A stretch of 64,000 nucleotides of DNA. It comes from Blastocladiella emersonii ATCC 22665. Its lineage: Eukaryota; Fungi; Blastocladiomycota. The stretch is taken from positions 744,001 to 808,000 of the forward strand of contig JANHCV010000011.1 in NCBI GenBank assembly GCA_025594325.1, written 5' to 3'. Below are positions 1 to 11,980 of the stretch, in pieces. The position numbers and the translations under genes are program-made. Within the stretch, counting starts at the first letter, position 1, and every line of letters begins with the position of its first letter. Under the pieces are notes generated by a model. That model worked only from the letters and a program-made list of their open reading frames with translations, did no database searches and was not told where the DNA came from.

Positions 1-172
1 CCCTCCGTCGAGTACTGCAGCATGAGTGATGTGAAAGGCTCGTTCAACGGGCGCCTACCACGGCTCGAGCGGAAGCGCGCCTGCACGGCACAAGCGCCCA
101 ACGTGGCGCGGGCTTTAGCCCTCGATTGAAAACCAGACGCGAAGCGTCTAGGTGGATCAAGTATAATATAAT
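1..172 (+). repeat. Dispersed ~170-bp repeat, copy 1 (copy 2 at ~3795-3972); possibly the 3' end of a non-LTR retroelement
   Basis: Shares the near-identical core CAACGTGGCGCGGGCTTTAGCCCTCGATTGAAAACCAGACGCGAAGCGTCTAGGTG with ~3893-3949. Both copies end in an AT-rich TATA(A/T)TATA tail. Confidence 0.7.
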
Positions 173-514
173 TTTCACCTTTTGGGCTATTTAGTCGCCC
201 AGCAGCACGCATGGTGGCAGGGGTCGCGGGAGACGCGTCGCGATATCACGTGTGTCCCGGATCGGACGCGTCGCGCCACACTTACCCGCGAAAGCAGCCG
301 CACATTCCCTCACCCGCTTGCGCTCGATCTCCAGCAAAACCGCTGATTTCCTGAACCGTAAACGAGAAAAATGTGGTTGTTTCTCAATGCATCATTCCCG
401 CGAAGAAGAAATTTTGACCGTGTATATTCGATATGAGTACTACCCTGTCAAGTAGGGAAATGCAAGTCAGAACCATGCGGCGCTGCACTTTGCTGCGCCG
501 CTTCAACGCGTCGT

Positions 515-1495
515 CTACTGGATCATGGCCTTGTACTCGTTGAGCTTGGCCAAGTAGTGAGCCTGGGACTCACGTCCGTTCTGAGCCTTCTTGCTGAGGT
601 CCGCAATCTTCTTGTTGAGCGATTTGACGCTGTCGATACTTGACGCAACGGCAATAGACATGCCCGCTGCCGAGATGGTGCCAACAAACGGAATCCAACC
701 AGTCGACGCAATGGCGATGTTGAGGTCCTTGATGCGCTGCTCGTGCCAGCCGCGGTCAGACTCGGCGTCCGCGAGCTCTTTCCGAAGCTTGCTCACGGCG
801 TCACCCGCGTTGCTGTGGTTGTTGCTGGCAAGCGCAACCAGTTCCGAGTACGTCATGCTGGCCTTGACGGGCATGCGGGCCAGGAGCTGGGTACGGAGCT
901 CCGGGATCTTGACAGCACGCGAGTCCATATCAATGCACATGACATTGTGCTCCGCGTCAAAGAAATCGATGCCGTGGTTGGCCTTGAGCTCGTTCAGGAA
1001 CCGGCTCGGGTCGGCCTCAAACGAAGACACCTCGTTGTCGTGGTCCTGGGCAAAAGTAAGCAGCAGGAAGCAGTTGCTGGAGCTGATGTTGGTGCAAACC
1101 TTGAGCATCTGGAGCACCCGGACGAACGGCATGTCGGTGCGGTGGAAGCGATGGACAATGAGCAGCGTCGCCGGATCGTTCTTGAGCAGTTCCAGAATCG
1201 AGTCGGCGACCTGGACGCTGTCGTTGGCCGAGCTGCCAATGCCCTCCGAGTCAGAAACGATGAGGTCGGTGCCGTCGGGGAGAAGGGTCGGGTTGATGTT
1301 GAACTGGCGGGCCATGTTGGTCTTGATCCCCTTGGCCGCTGATCCCGCGGCAAAGACCTGCTTGATCACCTGCTTGCCGCCGCGGACTTCCTTATACCCG
1401 AGAAGCTGGTTGAGCGTGGTCGACTTGCCATAGCCGACCATGCCCATGGTGCGGACTTTGGAAGCGTGGGCGGAGGGGGAAGCCTCGTTCGTCAT
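515..1495 (-). CDS. P-loop GTPase (AIG1/GIMAP- or MMR_HSR1-like) with C-terminal coiled coils flanking a hydrophobic segment
   Basis: Intronless ORF with G1 GMVGYGKST, G3 DSEG and a G4-like LLLTFAQD. The C-terminus has heptads around IAIASTGWIPFVGTISAAGMSIAVASS. Start placed at MTNEAS (ATG 1495); the open frame extends to 1777. Confidence 0.65.
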   Translation of the reverse strand: MTNEASPSAHASKVRTMGMVGYGKSTTLNQLLGYKEVRGGKQVIKQVFAAGSAAKGIKTNMARQFNINPTLLPDGTDLIVSDSEGIGSSANDSVQVADSILELLKNDPATLLIVHRFHRTDMPFVRVLQMLKVCTNISSSNCFLLLTFAQDHDNEVSSFEADPSRFLNELKANHGIDFFDAEHNVMCIDMDSRAVKIPELRTQLLARMPVKASMTYSELVALASNNHSNAGDAVSKLRKELADAESDRGWHEQRIKDLNIAIASTGWIPFVGTISAAGMSIAVASSIDSVKSLNKKIADLSKKAQNGRESQAHYLAKLNEYKAMIQ

Positions 1496-2896
1496 GGCTG
1501 GCAGGAAGGAAATGTGGAGGTGAGGTGATAACTGCTGTTGTGCTGATGCTGGAGCAACGAGTTGGGGCCTGGCGAGGCAGACCTTTATATATTCGAGCCA
1601 GGTGATTTTACTGTTTTCGAGTGTCGACGCGCAGTGAAAGCCGCTTGCCACCGCCCAGTAATCTTGGGTACAGTAAACTCGGCACAGTGAACTGAGCGGG
1701 GCGGCAGATTCTTTACTGTTCGTACTACCTGCCCTCGAATGCGCAACTTCACTGTTTTGAGACGCATTCTTTTCCATTTGCGAGAGTGTACAGCGACTCT
1801 TGCATAGTTGGCGCCACTCCTCTGTGTTACGCGTCGTTCATGCGGTGGTGATCGGGGTGATCATCCACCTGATCTCGCGTGGTTCGCCCGCAACCGCCTC
1901 TTTCGCCCCGCCGCGACCCCGCGGCGGCGCTCCCGCTTTTGTCATCCTCTCTCCCTCACCCAGCCCTGGTTCGGGGCCGAGTAGTGTGCACGGAAAGTTC
2001 AAGTATACACGCACACGCGGGGACCGAGTGCGAGACGCGTCTCGGATCAGCCGCGCGTGATGCACGTGAGAATCGCGTCATCCCGACCACTTGTTCTGCT
2101 TTGATCGCCGCCCTGGGGGAGCGGCCGCCCGCCCGACCGTCGCACCGCTCATCTCGACCGGTCGTCCCCGCTTCCCCCTCCTCTTTTGTTCCTTTGATTG
2201 TTCAGTTGCTAGTCTAGCCGTCGTCGATACATTCTGTTCCTCTCTGTATCGTCACGCATCGGAAATCGCGGATCGCAAATTGTGCGGCCAGCTGCAAATT
2301 TGCGCTCAATTCTTGGGCCGGGTCGGGTGAGGGTCGAAATTGCAAATAAAGATTTCCGGTCAATGCAATACATGAGTGTGATGGGGGAGGTCAGGGGGAT
2401 TTTTCGCTGGTGGTCGCGGTGGTCGGAGTTGCCCTTGGAGAAAGTTGGACTTTTCACCACAACGGCTCAGTCGATTGCGCTGTTCTTGACGGTGATGAAC
2501 TGATCGTGGTGAGAGCTACAAAAGAGCTAATTAAGCGTTGGGGTGATTGGAAGCCGGGTGTCAAGAAAAAAATGGCGATCGAATTCTCAGTGCTAACGCG
2601 TGGCCGGGGTGAATTCAAGAAGCTAACCTCGAAAGTCGTTTCATCACAGCAGACTAGGGAGGATGTGAAACGCAAAAATATATTTGGCGCTTAGGGGAGC
2701 CTTGAATCGATAGAAACCGTTAGAATTTATGTGGTCACAAAGCGGCCCGCTTGAATAGAACACCCGACCCCGCGAATAAACAGGAGTTTGCCAAGCGACA
2801 ACCCCATTTTGCAACCCGGTAGACTTACATTACTTCGGGAGACACGTAGCATCCGACTCGCTCGTACGTGGTCCTGCTCCGCGGCTCGCACAGCTT

Positions 2897-3972
2897 GTGT
2901 GCGTCTTAGGCGAGGCCGCCGTGGCGGAGCCCGCTGGCTTCGTGCGGTCGGTTCACTCGCTCGACCTCGCCGAAGACACACACGGTATCGCCTTCGACAC
3001 CGTTTACATATACGGGTCGCTCCGAGGCGCGGATCTGCCAGACTCTGGCAGCGGGCATAGGCGTCTTCGTGAACGGATCGCTGGAACTCGCTGCCCGCGT
3101 CCCAACGGGAACCACTCGAGCTTTGAGCTATGGGGGCGCCCTCGCCGCCGCCGCGTCCGCTCGCCGCGGCGCCATGCTCACTTTCAAGCTCGACAACAAG
3201 GGCGTCGTCGATTCGGCCGTCAACATGCTCTCTCCTTCTCCAAGGGTGCGGGTCCGCGCAACATGCTCGCTCGAGTGGGCCGTGCTCCGCTGCATCATCG
3301 TGCGAGGCGCGCTCTCCGCCGCTCATGAGCTTCCGTCCCCGTGCTCGCCGACCAGCTACCGACCCGCGCCCATCTACACCAGTTCTGACCGTAGCTGCCA
3401 GACGAGATCTGGGGCGGCCTCCGCGCCGGCATCTCCAGCTCGCTCACAGTGCAGCTCAGCGGCTCAAAACGTATCAAACGCACTACGGCTGCCGTCGTGG
3501 ACGCGCCGCCTGCCGCATGGCCCAAGCGGATGTACAATCATCTTCTGAGGCTCCCGATACCGCGTCTTGCACTTCCTGATGCGACGGCAATCACCTCGAG
3601 CGCTGTGCGGGAGCGTGCTTGGCACCCGCGCTGCAACGCGAACGCTGATGCCGCGCCAGTGACTAATGACGGTGCCCTGTCGTCACTCCACGCGAGCGAC
3701 CAGCCACACCGCCCTCCGTTGAAGCGCGCGCATCGCGCAGCAGGGCGACGTGCTTTGCTGCGGCGCGCTGTGCTGCGGCGCGCTGTGCTGCGACCACTCC
3801 GTCAAGCACCGCAGTAGGAGTGATGCAAAGGACTCGTTCAACGAGCGCCTACTCACGGATCAAGCGGAAGGGCCCCCGCACGGCGCAAGCGCTCAACGTG
3901 GCGCGGGCTTTAGCCCTCGATTGAAAACCAGACGCGAAGCGTCTAGGTGCCTCAAGTATATTATAATATAAT
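2897..3972 (+). pseudogene. Degenerate non-LTR retrotransposon remnant (RNase H-like region plus 3' end)
   Basis: Frameshifted fragments DTVYIYGS and TTRALSYGGALAAA...FKLDNKGVV resemble RNase H motifs. The region ends in the ~170-bp repeat with an AT-rich tail. Confidence 0.3.
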
Positions 3973-4362
3973 TTAAAACGCGCGTTTCAAGGCTGGCGAA
4001 ACTGAGCGAGAGTCGTGGCACGGCGGGTTGCGAGACGGGGTGCGAGACGCGTCGCAAAAACACGTGTGCGGTCACGCGCACGTGACACAGCTTGGCTTGG
4101 ACTCTGGTGCGAGCGCGCGTCGGGGGAGCGAGTGCAGGGCTTTGCCCTGAAATGCAGGGCTTTACCCTGAAATATTGGGTGGCCCCTTCGAAAGTCTCGG
4201 TCTGTGTCACGTGCTTTTGGCGGATTTCACTTGGTTTCATCAAGTCATACATGTCACGTGACTGTGGCTGAACGCGTTTTGCGGCTTGCTCGCGACTTTG
4301 GCTCGGGCGACGTTGCGCACTCCACTTCTCCTCCACGAAACGAAAGCTTGAGCGGCTGTAAC

Positions 4363-4728
4363 ATGCCGCAACACGACAGTCGGCCAAGGTGGACCGCGGA
4401 GGAGTGTGACCGCCTCGTCGACTGGCTGTGCCTCGACTCGAGCAACTACGCCACCTTTGCGTCGCACGGCCACCGCGCTGCTGCTGCTCGACACGCTGCC
4501 GCCTGGCTCGCTCAGCATTCTGCACATACACGCTCCCCCGAGTCTGTCGGCAAGAAGCTCCATGAGCTGATCGACGCATACCATGGACTGCTCGCGTCGC
4601 TGTCGCTGTCCGCCGCAGATCTGCGCGACCCGTCCTCTCTCTCAGCTCTCCGCCTCGCCCTCATCAACAACGATCCAACGACCGCGCTGAACTTTCAACA
4701 CGCGTGCCACCGTTCAACGCGCATGTAA
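4363..4728 (+). CDS. Short Myb/SANT-like DNA-binding domain ORF, probably transposon-derived
   Basis: RPRWTAEECDRLVDWL...RSPESVGKKLHELIDAY matches the Myb/SANT-like helix pattern of Harbinger partner proteins. No transposase is adjacent. Confidence 0.45.
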   Translation: MPQHDSRPRWTAEECDRLVDWLCLDSSNYATFASHGHRAAAARHAAAWLAQHSAHTRSPESVGKKLHELIDAYHGLLASLSLSAADLRDPSSLSALRLALINNDPTTALNFQHACHRSTRM

Positions 4729-5398
4729 GCGCTGCACTTACTTCAAACACCTTGTCTTTAACAGTCGCACCCAGCTCGCTTTCGGCTGCTGGTTCTGCGC
4801 CTCAGCCTACCGCATCTGCAACCGCACCTCCACCTGCTCCGCCACCGGGTCTGGCGTTACTTGTCACATTTGGGCTTGCCTCATCAGGCTGATACATGTC
4901 ACGTGAGTGGCTGAACGCGTCCCCTCGCCCTTTCTCCCTCGCGCGCCCTCGCTTGACAAAAGTCAACCCGCGGCAAATATGTACTTTGTTGTTGCTACTT
5001 AAGGTTTCAATGACGTTTCTTGATTGCTGTGCGACTTTAGCCGCATCCGCGCCAAGTTGGCAACTGTACCTCATTTAGCTTCCTTACAAAGTTAATTATG
5101 CAGCTGAGCCAAGGCGGCGGTTCACCTTACGTGTTACCTTGTCGCTGTCGCTCTGCGCAGCATGTTATGCGGCAACAGCAGCAGCAGCGCGGCTGAGTTG
5201 AGTCACAGTCCCTGATCCTTGCCTTGATCGTGTCGCGATGGAGATGAGCAACCATAAGTTGGGGCAGAAACTCGACAGGAACGCAATAGTCTCGCGATGA
5301 CGACTTCAGCGTAGTCTGAGCTAACTCAACTCGTTTGCTTGTTGACTCTCAAGCGCAGCACTCAACCCTCGTCTTGGCTCCAATTAGTGCTGCGCGGC

Positions 5399-6090
5399 AA
5401 GGCGACGCTGATGATCAACGCAAGAGGCGACGCTGGTCATTGACGCAACGAGCCGACGCTGATCATCAATGGAACAAGGCGACGCTGATCACGACCCAAC
5501 GAGGCGACGCTGAACATTGACGTAACGAGGCGACGCTGAGTATTGACATAAGGAGGCGACGCTGACTATCAACGCAACGAGGCAACGCTGATCCGCAACT
5601 TAACGAGGCAACGCTGGTCATCAACGCAAGGAGGCGACGCTGAACATTGAAGTAACGAGGTGGCGCTGAACATTGACGTAACGAGGCGACGCTAGACATT
5701 CACGGAACGAGGCGACGCTGGACATCAACCCAGCAAGGCGACGCTGGTCGCCAGCACAACAAGGCAACGCTGATCACCAACTCGACAAGGCGACGCTGAC
5801 TGTCAACTCGACAAGGCGACGCTGGCATCAACCCAACAAGACGACGCTGGTCATGGATGCAACGAGGCGACGCTGGTCATCTACGCAACAAGGCGACGCT
5901 GGTTATCAACCCAACAAGGCAAACCTGATCATCGACGCAACGAGGCGACGCTGATCACCAACTCAACAAGGAGGCGCTGAACTTCAACTCAGCAAGGCGA
6001 CGATGATCATCAACGCGACAAGGCGACGCTGATCATCTATTCAACAAGGCGGCGCTGTTCCTCAATATAATGAGGCGACGCTGGCTGCCG
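5399..6090 (+). repeat. Minisatellite of about 26-27 units, period ~26 bp, conserved core AGGCGACGCTG
   Basis: Units such as AGGCGACGCTGAACATTGACGTAACG and AGGCGACGCTGGTCATTGACGCAACG recur every 25-26 bp. The period is not a multiple of 3. Confidence 0.9.
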
Positions 6091-8223
6091 ACAACAACGC
6101 GGACGTTGCGCGCGTTGCCGTTGGCGTCGCCCGTGCACTGTGCGCTCTGCGGGATCATGAAGATGAACGGCTGCGGCGTTGATTATCGACCTAACGAGGC
6201 GACGACGATGCTGTCTGCCTACAACGACGCTTCATCGACCTCGCGATCACGCGCAACCGGCACGTCAGCGTGCTTACGCCCGTGGGTGAGTTCAAGGTCG
6301 GCAAGCGCTCGCTGATGCGCCAGGAGGTGCACGCGCTGCGCAACGTGGTCAACTTGGACGCGGGTAACGCGTCTATCTCGCGAGCATTCTTCCCGAGGAT
6401 GCGAGCCGGAATCAGATCAGAAAAGTGTGCGCAACTGAAAAGGTGTTCATTGCCGACTTACACTCATGAACGCTGAAGAGGGGAAGCGAACGCGAGGCGA
6501 GGACGGCCAAAGGCAAGGGCGAAAGGGCAAAGCCCTGCGCCGGTGCCAGCCGAAGGCTGTGTGACGACAAATGACTCTTCGCCGCGCCGCGCGCGGTCCC
6601 CGCTCCCTCGCTCATCACCACTCGCTGCAATGTATCACCCGTCCGCCAAAGAAACACACTACGATCTCGGCGCACGGTAACCACGCGGCCACCGTCAACA
6701 GGTACGCGTCGCATCCCGCTGGCGTGCCCGCCGCCGCGCGCTTGGCTCCCATCGCGCCGACCGTCGTGTTGCGCTCCCGTGGCGGTGCGCCCGGCGTGAT
6801 GCCCTTCACACTCTGCTCTGGCGCGTCGACGACGCGCTGTGAGACCAGCGGTGTCGTCGCTGCCGCGCGTGCGCGCCGCTGTGCGCGCGCTCCGCCGCGC
6901 TCGTTCCTCAGGCGCAGCACGCCGCAGCGCAAGGGGACCCCACCGGGCTACCAGCCGCGTGCGCGCTCTTCAAAGGTGCTGACACCAGCGCGTTGCCCAT
7001 GTAGCCGCCGGCGCGCGTCCGCCATCAGGGACTCGACATTTGCCGACTCATGGACCTGAGACCATCGAGCCAGCCTCGCTCGCGACGGTACGCCGTCTCC
7101 GCCACACCACCTCCGCGTGTCTCATGCACTCACGCTGCACGCTCGCGCCAGTAGCGCCGACAGGCTCGCTCAAGTTATTCGACCGCGGCCACTGCGTGCG
7201 TCAAGTCCCAGTCGCAGGTACGCTCGACACTTCTTGTCGCTGCGCAAGAGTTGGCGCGCGACTGACATGTTCGCTCACATTGCTCCTCGTAGCTCCTCGT
7301 GAGCCACTGGTCTCTCGCTACACTATCAACCCGCCACCTCTCGACGGCCCATCTGACGAGGAAGATCCGCAAGCTGTAGGGTGCCGAACCCCTAGACAAC
7401 ACCGTACGCTCTTGTCACACGCCGCTCGAGGCGCAGCGCGACTCACATGAGCTCTCGGACCTTTCTTGCTTGTAGCAGCGATCTTTGACGACCATCTCGC
7501 CCGGCCGGTTTCTGTACTCGGCATCGTGGCGCGACCTGACCGCGGATCGCAGCAAGCGCGAGGCGCGCGCTGTCCGGGCCGGTCACGGGCGGCGGCTCCA
7601 AGGACGGCGACCTGGTGCCGGCGACGGCGTCCGCGGTCCGCTCGGGTACTTGCTTGTCGTGCACCGTCATCGTTGTGCGCGGGCTGGGATTCCGACTCAC
7701 ACGCCGTGCGACCCGCGGCGGTGGCGCCCTAACCTGTATCTGAGATCTCCCTTGTACGCAATACACTCGCAAATTTGCACCAAAACGCAGTCCCCATCTT
7801 GAGAATATGCCAACAATTCGTGCGCCAACCGGGTCGCTCGTCTCACAAATTGGCCATCAAATGTGCCATCAAGTCGCAGCAGATTGAACGGCAATTCGTT
7901 GCAAATTTTCTGTCCTAGCCGACCCGCGGGCCGCCGCTCAATTTGATACAAATTTGCTCGGGATTAAAATTTGCCTCCAAACTAGCGTGCACGGAACATA
8001 CCCTCGGCTAGCCGGGAACAGGAACGGAACGGGAACGACGCAACCACGTTCCCGGAACGTTCCTGGGAACGTTCCCAGCACGTGACCAGCACGTGACCCG
8101 TTGCCACGACGCAACGTGCTTGGGCAGCTCGCTGCGGAGGGACGCACTTGACAGCCGGCACGCATTTCGTACAGAACGGATAGATCAATGACAAATGAAT
8201 ACACAACGAGTTTCGGAGACCGA

Positions 8224-10842
8224 TCAGAAGCGCCCATGGAGCGACGAGGCCGTTGCAAGCATGGCATCGAGGTCGTCGTCGTCCATGACCACGACCGAGT
8301 CGTCCGACTCGTCCTCGGTCGGGTTGGTCGAGATGAACGCCGAGGCGTGCGGGATGAGCTTGTCAATGTCCTCGAGCGTGTAGTCCATGGGGATGTCTGC
8401 CAGCGTGATGAGGAAGTTGGCGTCGAGAGTCGCCGAGGACGAGCGACTGCGCGAGATCACGAAGTGCGGGACCGTCTCGGCCTCCTTGATGATCTCGGCC
8501 ACGACCTCGTCGCTCACCTCGGACGTCTCGTCGAGCGCATCGGGATCCTCGAGCAGACCGAGCTCGGTCATGGCCTTGGCGATGATTTCGAGCTGCTCCT
8601 GGTCAAGGCCCTCCTGGTGCTTGCGCAACGACGTCTTGTACTCGTACTCGTACAGGGAGCGCAGCGCGATGAGGTTAGTGAGGGTACCGATGGCCATGCG
8701 GTTACGCCGCGGTGTGTCCATCCAGCCCGCGCCGCTGAATGTACGCTCGATGCCGGCCGCGTGCGGGGTGATCGAGTGGAAGAGCTGCGCGAGCTGGAGG
8801 ATCGGGTACGCGGGATCCCGCTTGCCCACGACGCGCATGTGTTCCGCCACGATCTCCCGCAGCGGCTTGTCGCGAGCGGCGGTGATGAGCTCGGGGAACA
8901 GCTTGCCGCTGCGCCACGCGTCGAGCGAAGCGAAGAAGGTCGGGAGCTCGGCCGTCTTGATGAACTTGTTGAGCAGCGCACGTTTTGCCGCCTCTCGACG
9001 CACGCGCTCGTACAGCTCATCGCTCATGCCGTAGCCGCGCGAGTGGGGAACGAGGAGGTACGCGAGCGGGTAGATGAGCTCGTCCTTGATCTCCTTGTAG
9101 CTACACGGACAGTGCGTGAGGCCCAACGGGTCGGCGCGCGCGGCAAGAGTCCGGTCGACGTACCGCTCGTCAACGATGCGACAGAAGTCGCGGTAGAAGG
9201 CCGCGTGCTCAGCGGTCGCAGGGCGCGGATGGTCGGCGAGCGCCTTGGCGGTGAGCAGGAACCCGACATGGCAATCAGCGAGCGTCGTCTCGTCAGCCTC
9301 GAGTTTGCGCAGGAGCTGACGAAAGCCGGTCATCACGCTCGCGATGAAAGTCAGATGCTGCCAGAAGACGGGATTCTCGACGTGGTCGGCGAGATGCGCC
9401 TCGATCCCGAGGTTGGCGCGCAGGAAGACGCTCTCCACCGCCGTCTTGTTGACAATGAGCGAGGCCGCGGTATCCACAGCGCCGCCCCAGCTACACGGTT
9501 GCTCTGCGGGTGAGTATCCACGCCGACCGTAGGGAAGGGTGATGTGCAGACTTGCGAATGGGCTAAGGGCTCGACGGCAACACGCTATGGAGCATGGCCT
9601 GTGGGCGAGCAAAGAGATGCATGGAGTAGAGCAGCGGTGACGATGGAGGGGAGACAGGAAAGGATAGAGCGAAGGCGAGGAGAGAGGCGGCGTACCGTGT
9701 CTTCGAAAAAGCGACCAGCTGCGACTGGCGGCCCTCCGTGTTGCGGAATGCCGCGGCGACCTTGCCACGGCGGGTCTTGACCACGAGCGCCTTGCACACG
9801 TCGAAGACGGCCTTGGCGAGCGGGAGCTTGGCCGCGTCGCCGAGAATGAGATTCAGGAAGTGCGGGTAGCAGCGCAGCTCGACGACGTGGCGGAAGTCGT
9901 CCATGGCCACGAACGTCTCCCGCGCGACACGGCAGTTCGCGGCGTTGTCCGAGACGAGGCCCTTGAGCTGCTTGGCGTACGGCTTGAGCGCGGCGGCCAG
10001 CTTGCTCGCCAGACGCGCGCCCGTCACCGAATCGTCGCCCATCTCGAGCTCCTGCAGGACGAGGACGTGGCCGTCGAACGCGACGTTGAGCAGGTACATG
10101 TTGCGCCCGTTCGACGCAGTCCAGCCGTCGAACATGGCCGTGATGCACTTGGCGTTGGCGAGAATTTCGTCGCGTCGAAGGCGCATGCCCGAGACTTCTC
10201 TGGTTAGGTCCGTGGCCATCTTGGTCGGCGAGGGCGACTGGTGGTGCGGGTGGATGAGCTTGCCGTAGGACTGGAAGGCGGGATGGCCGAAGGCGCGAAA
10301 CGGGATGCCTTGGCAGATCGACCAGCGCAGCAGCTCGCGGTTGGCCGAATCGAGCGTGCTCGCGGGGATCTTGGTGAAGAAGTGGTTCTTGGGGAGCTGA
10401 TCTTTGTTGATCACGAACTGGATGCGCGGCTTCTGGTGCGGCGGGCTGCGAGCCGACGGCGACTTGGGCGAGGAGTCGCAGGACTGCGGCGACGACGGGT
10501 TCGACCGCTGCCGCTTGCCGCCCGTGCTCACGACGAGTTGGTTGTCGTCGACGAGCTTGAGTTTGGCTACACAAGTTTCTGAGTGAGCAGATGCAGAGAG
10601 AATAGCTGTCCAGCTGTCCAACACGGCGTACAGTGGTCGATGAGCGCCTGCCGCTGGATCTCGGTGGACTTGAGCTTCTCGCACTGGGTAAGGTGGAGAA
10701 GACACGTCTGTCGGTCGCCCTTCTTGACGACATGGTTGCAGTGCTTGCAGCGACGGATACAGTGCCGCTGCTTCGTCTTTCCGCTGACGCGGCCCTCGTT
10801 CACGAAGTTCTCGGTGACGAGCGGATGGAGTCTGTTCGACAT
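8224..10842 (-). CDS. hAT transposase (BED finger, RNase H-like DDE core, C-terminal dimerisation domain), spliced
   Basis: BED RRCKHC...LLHLTQC; MFDGWT; VSDNAAN; RCYPHFLNL (CxxH); TPHAAGIERTFS. Split over three ORF blocks, with apparent introns near 10590-10640 and 9510-9700. Confidence 0.85.
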
Positions 10843-11175
10843 GGTGTCGATCGCAAGTGTACTTGGGGAGCGGCAGCGAAGAAGCGCGAAGCCGTTGATG
10901 ACCGCTGCGAGCGCTGCCCAGACAATTCTCCCCCAAAATGTCTCACGGCATTTATCAGACGGGACAGGAGCCTGACTCGCACGAGAGACGCGTCGCGCTC
11001 GCTGCCCGTCTCGCATCACACGAGAGACGCGTCGCGTTGCAGCCCTCTCGCGCCGCGCCGCGCGTCGCGACTTGAAACGCGTCTGCGATGCTCACGTGGG
11101 TGCGACGCGTCGTTGGCTCGCACGAGAGCGATCGCTTCACGACGAAGACATTGGGACCAAGATCGTACGTTGAGT

Positions 11176-11676
11176 CTATTCAGGGTCGAGCGGCCGGATC
11201 CGGAAGGCAAACCCAGTTGGACGGGTGCGCCGTACGGGGCATCGCGTCCTGCTTATCGCGCTACCCGCCCTGCAGCCCGCCCTGCAGCCCGCCCTGCAGC
11301 CCGCCCTGCAGCCCGCCCTGCAGCCCGCCCTGCAGCCCGCCCTGCAGCCCGCCCTGCAGCCCGCCCTGCAGCCCGCCCTGCAGCCCGCCCTGCAGCCCGC
11401 CATGCAGAACTGCATGAGTTCTAGTTGTGAGTTATGCAGTCGAGCGGCGCGAAGAAAGGCATAGGGACCTGTTGCGCTGAGCGCTTGCTGTTGGACCTCG
11501 GTGCCAGCGAAGGACGGGCACGTTGTTAGGTGGAGGAGGCACGCTGCGCGGTCGCCTTTCGGGAACACACGATGGCACTGCTTGCAACGACGTCTTACAT
11601 GACGCCGCGTCGCAAGTTTGGGGCCAAGCTCCTCGAAGTGCTCGGCCACAAGTGGGTGAAGCCGTGGGGGGCTCAT
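11176..11676 (-). pseudogene. Second BED-finger ORF, paralogous to the transposase N-terminus, ending in a tandem repeat
   Basis: MSPPRLHPLVAEHF...RRRCKQC...KGDRAACLLHLTTC aligns by eye with MSNRLHPLVTENF...RRCKHC...KGDRQTCLLHLTQC. No DDE core follows. Confidence 0.6.
11264..11400 (+). repeat. Perfect 12-bp tandem repeat (CCCGCCCTGCAG), about 11 copies
   Basis: Directly visible; translates as ALQP x11 or AGCR repeats. Confidence 0.95.
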
Positions 11677-11980
11677 GGTCGCAAGCGATGCCAGAAGGTT
11701 GACGGCGGTAGCGGATCGGATGCTGATGGGCGCTGTGTCTCTGAATCGTGTCGTACGAGTGCTGGGATTCATGTCCGGGAAGGAGGAACGACGCGGAGTC
11801 CGACGCGTGGCCGCCACGCAAGCAGCCCGCGACGGTTCCGCACCCGAGTGACCTCATCGATGTCACGTGTGGCTCTGAAACCTCGGGAAACCTCTCTTTT
11901 GAACGAGCCGCCGTGGCTGAGCCGCCTCGCGAAAGAAGCCACCCGAAATTCGCATTATTGACTGAGTGAGGGGAACATAC

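Noticed and set aside
2282-2694. Possible recombinase or transposase remnant
   Set aside because: Multiple stops and no motif I can assign.
5399-6090. CRISPR-like array
   Set aside because: The variable parts are only ~15 nt and are related to one another, there are no cas genes, and the context is eukaryotic.
6600-7500. Possible minus-strand non-LTR reverse transcriptase remnant (similar hints at 29893-30270)
   Set aside because: Only vague thumb-region similarity and no catalytic YxDD motif; too decayed to call.
7975-7982. 8-bp TSD for the hAT element
   Set aside because: The left flank CTCCAAAC does not match the right flank CGGGAGGC.
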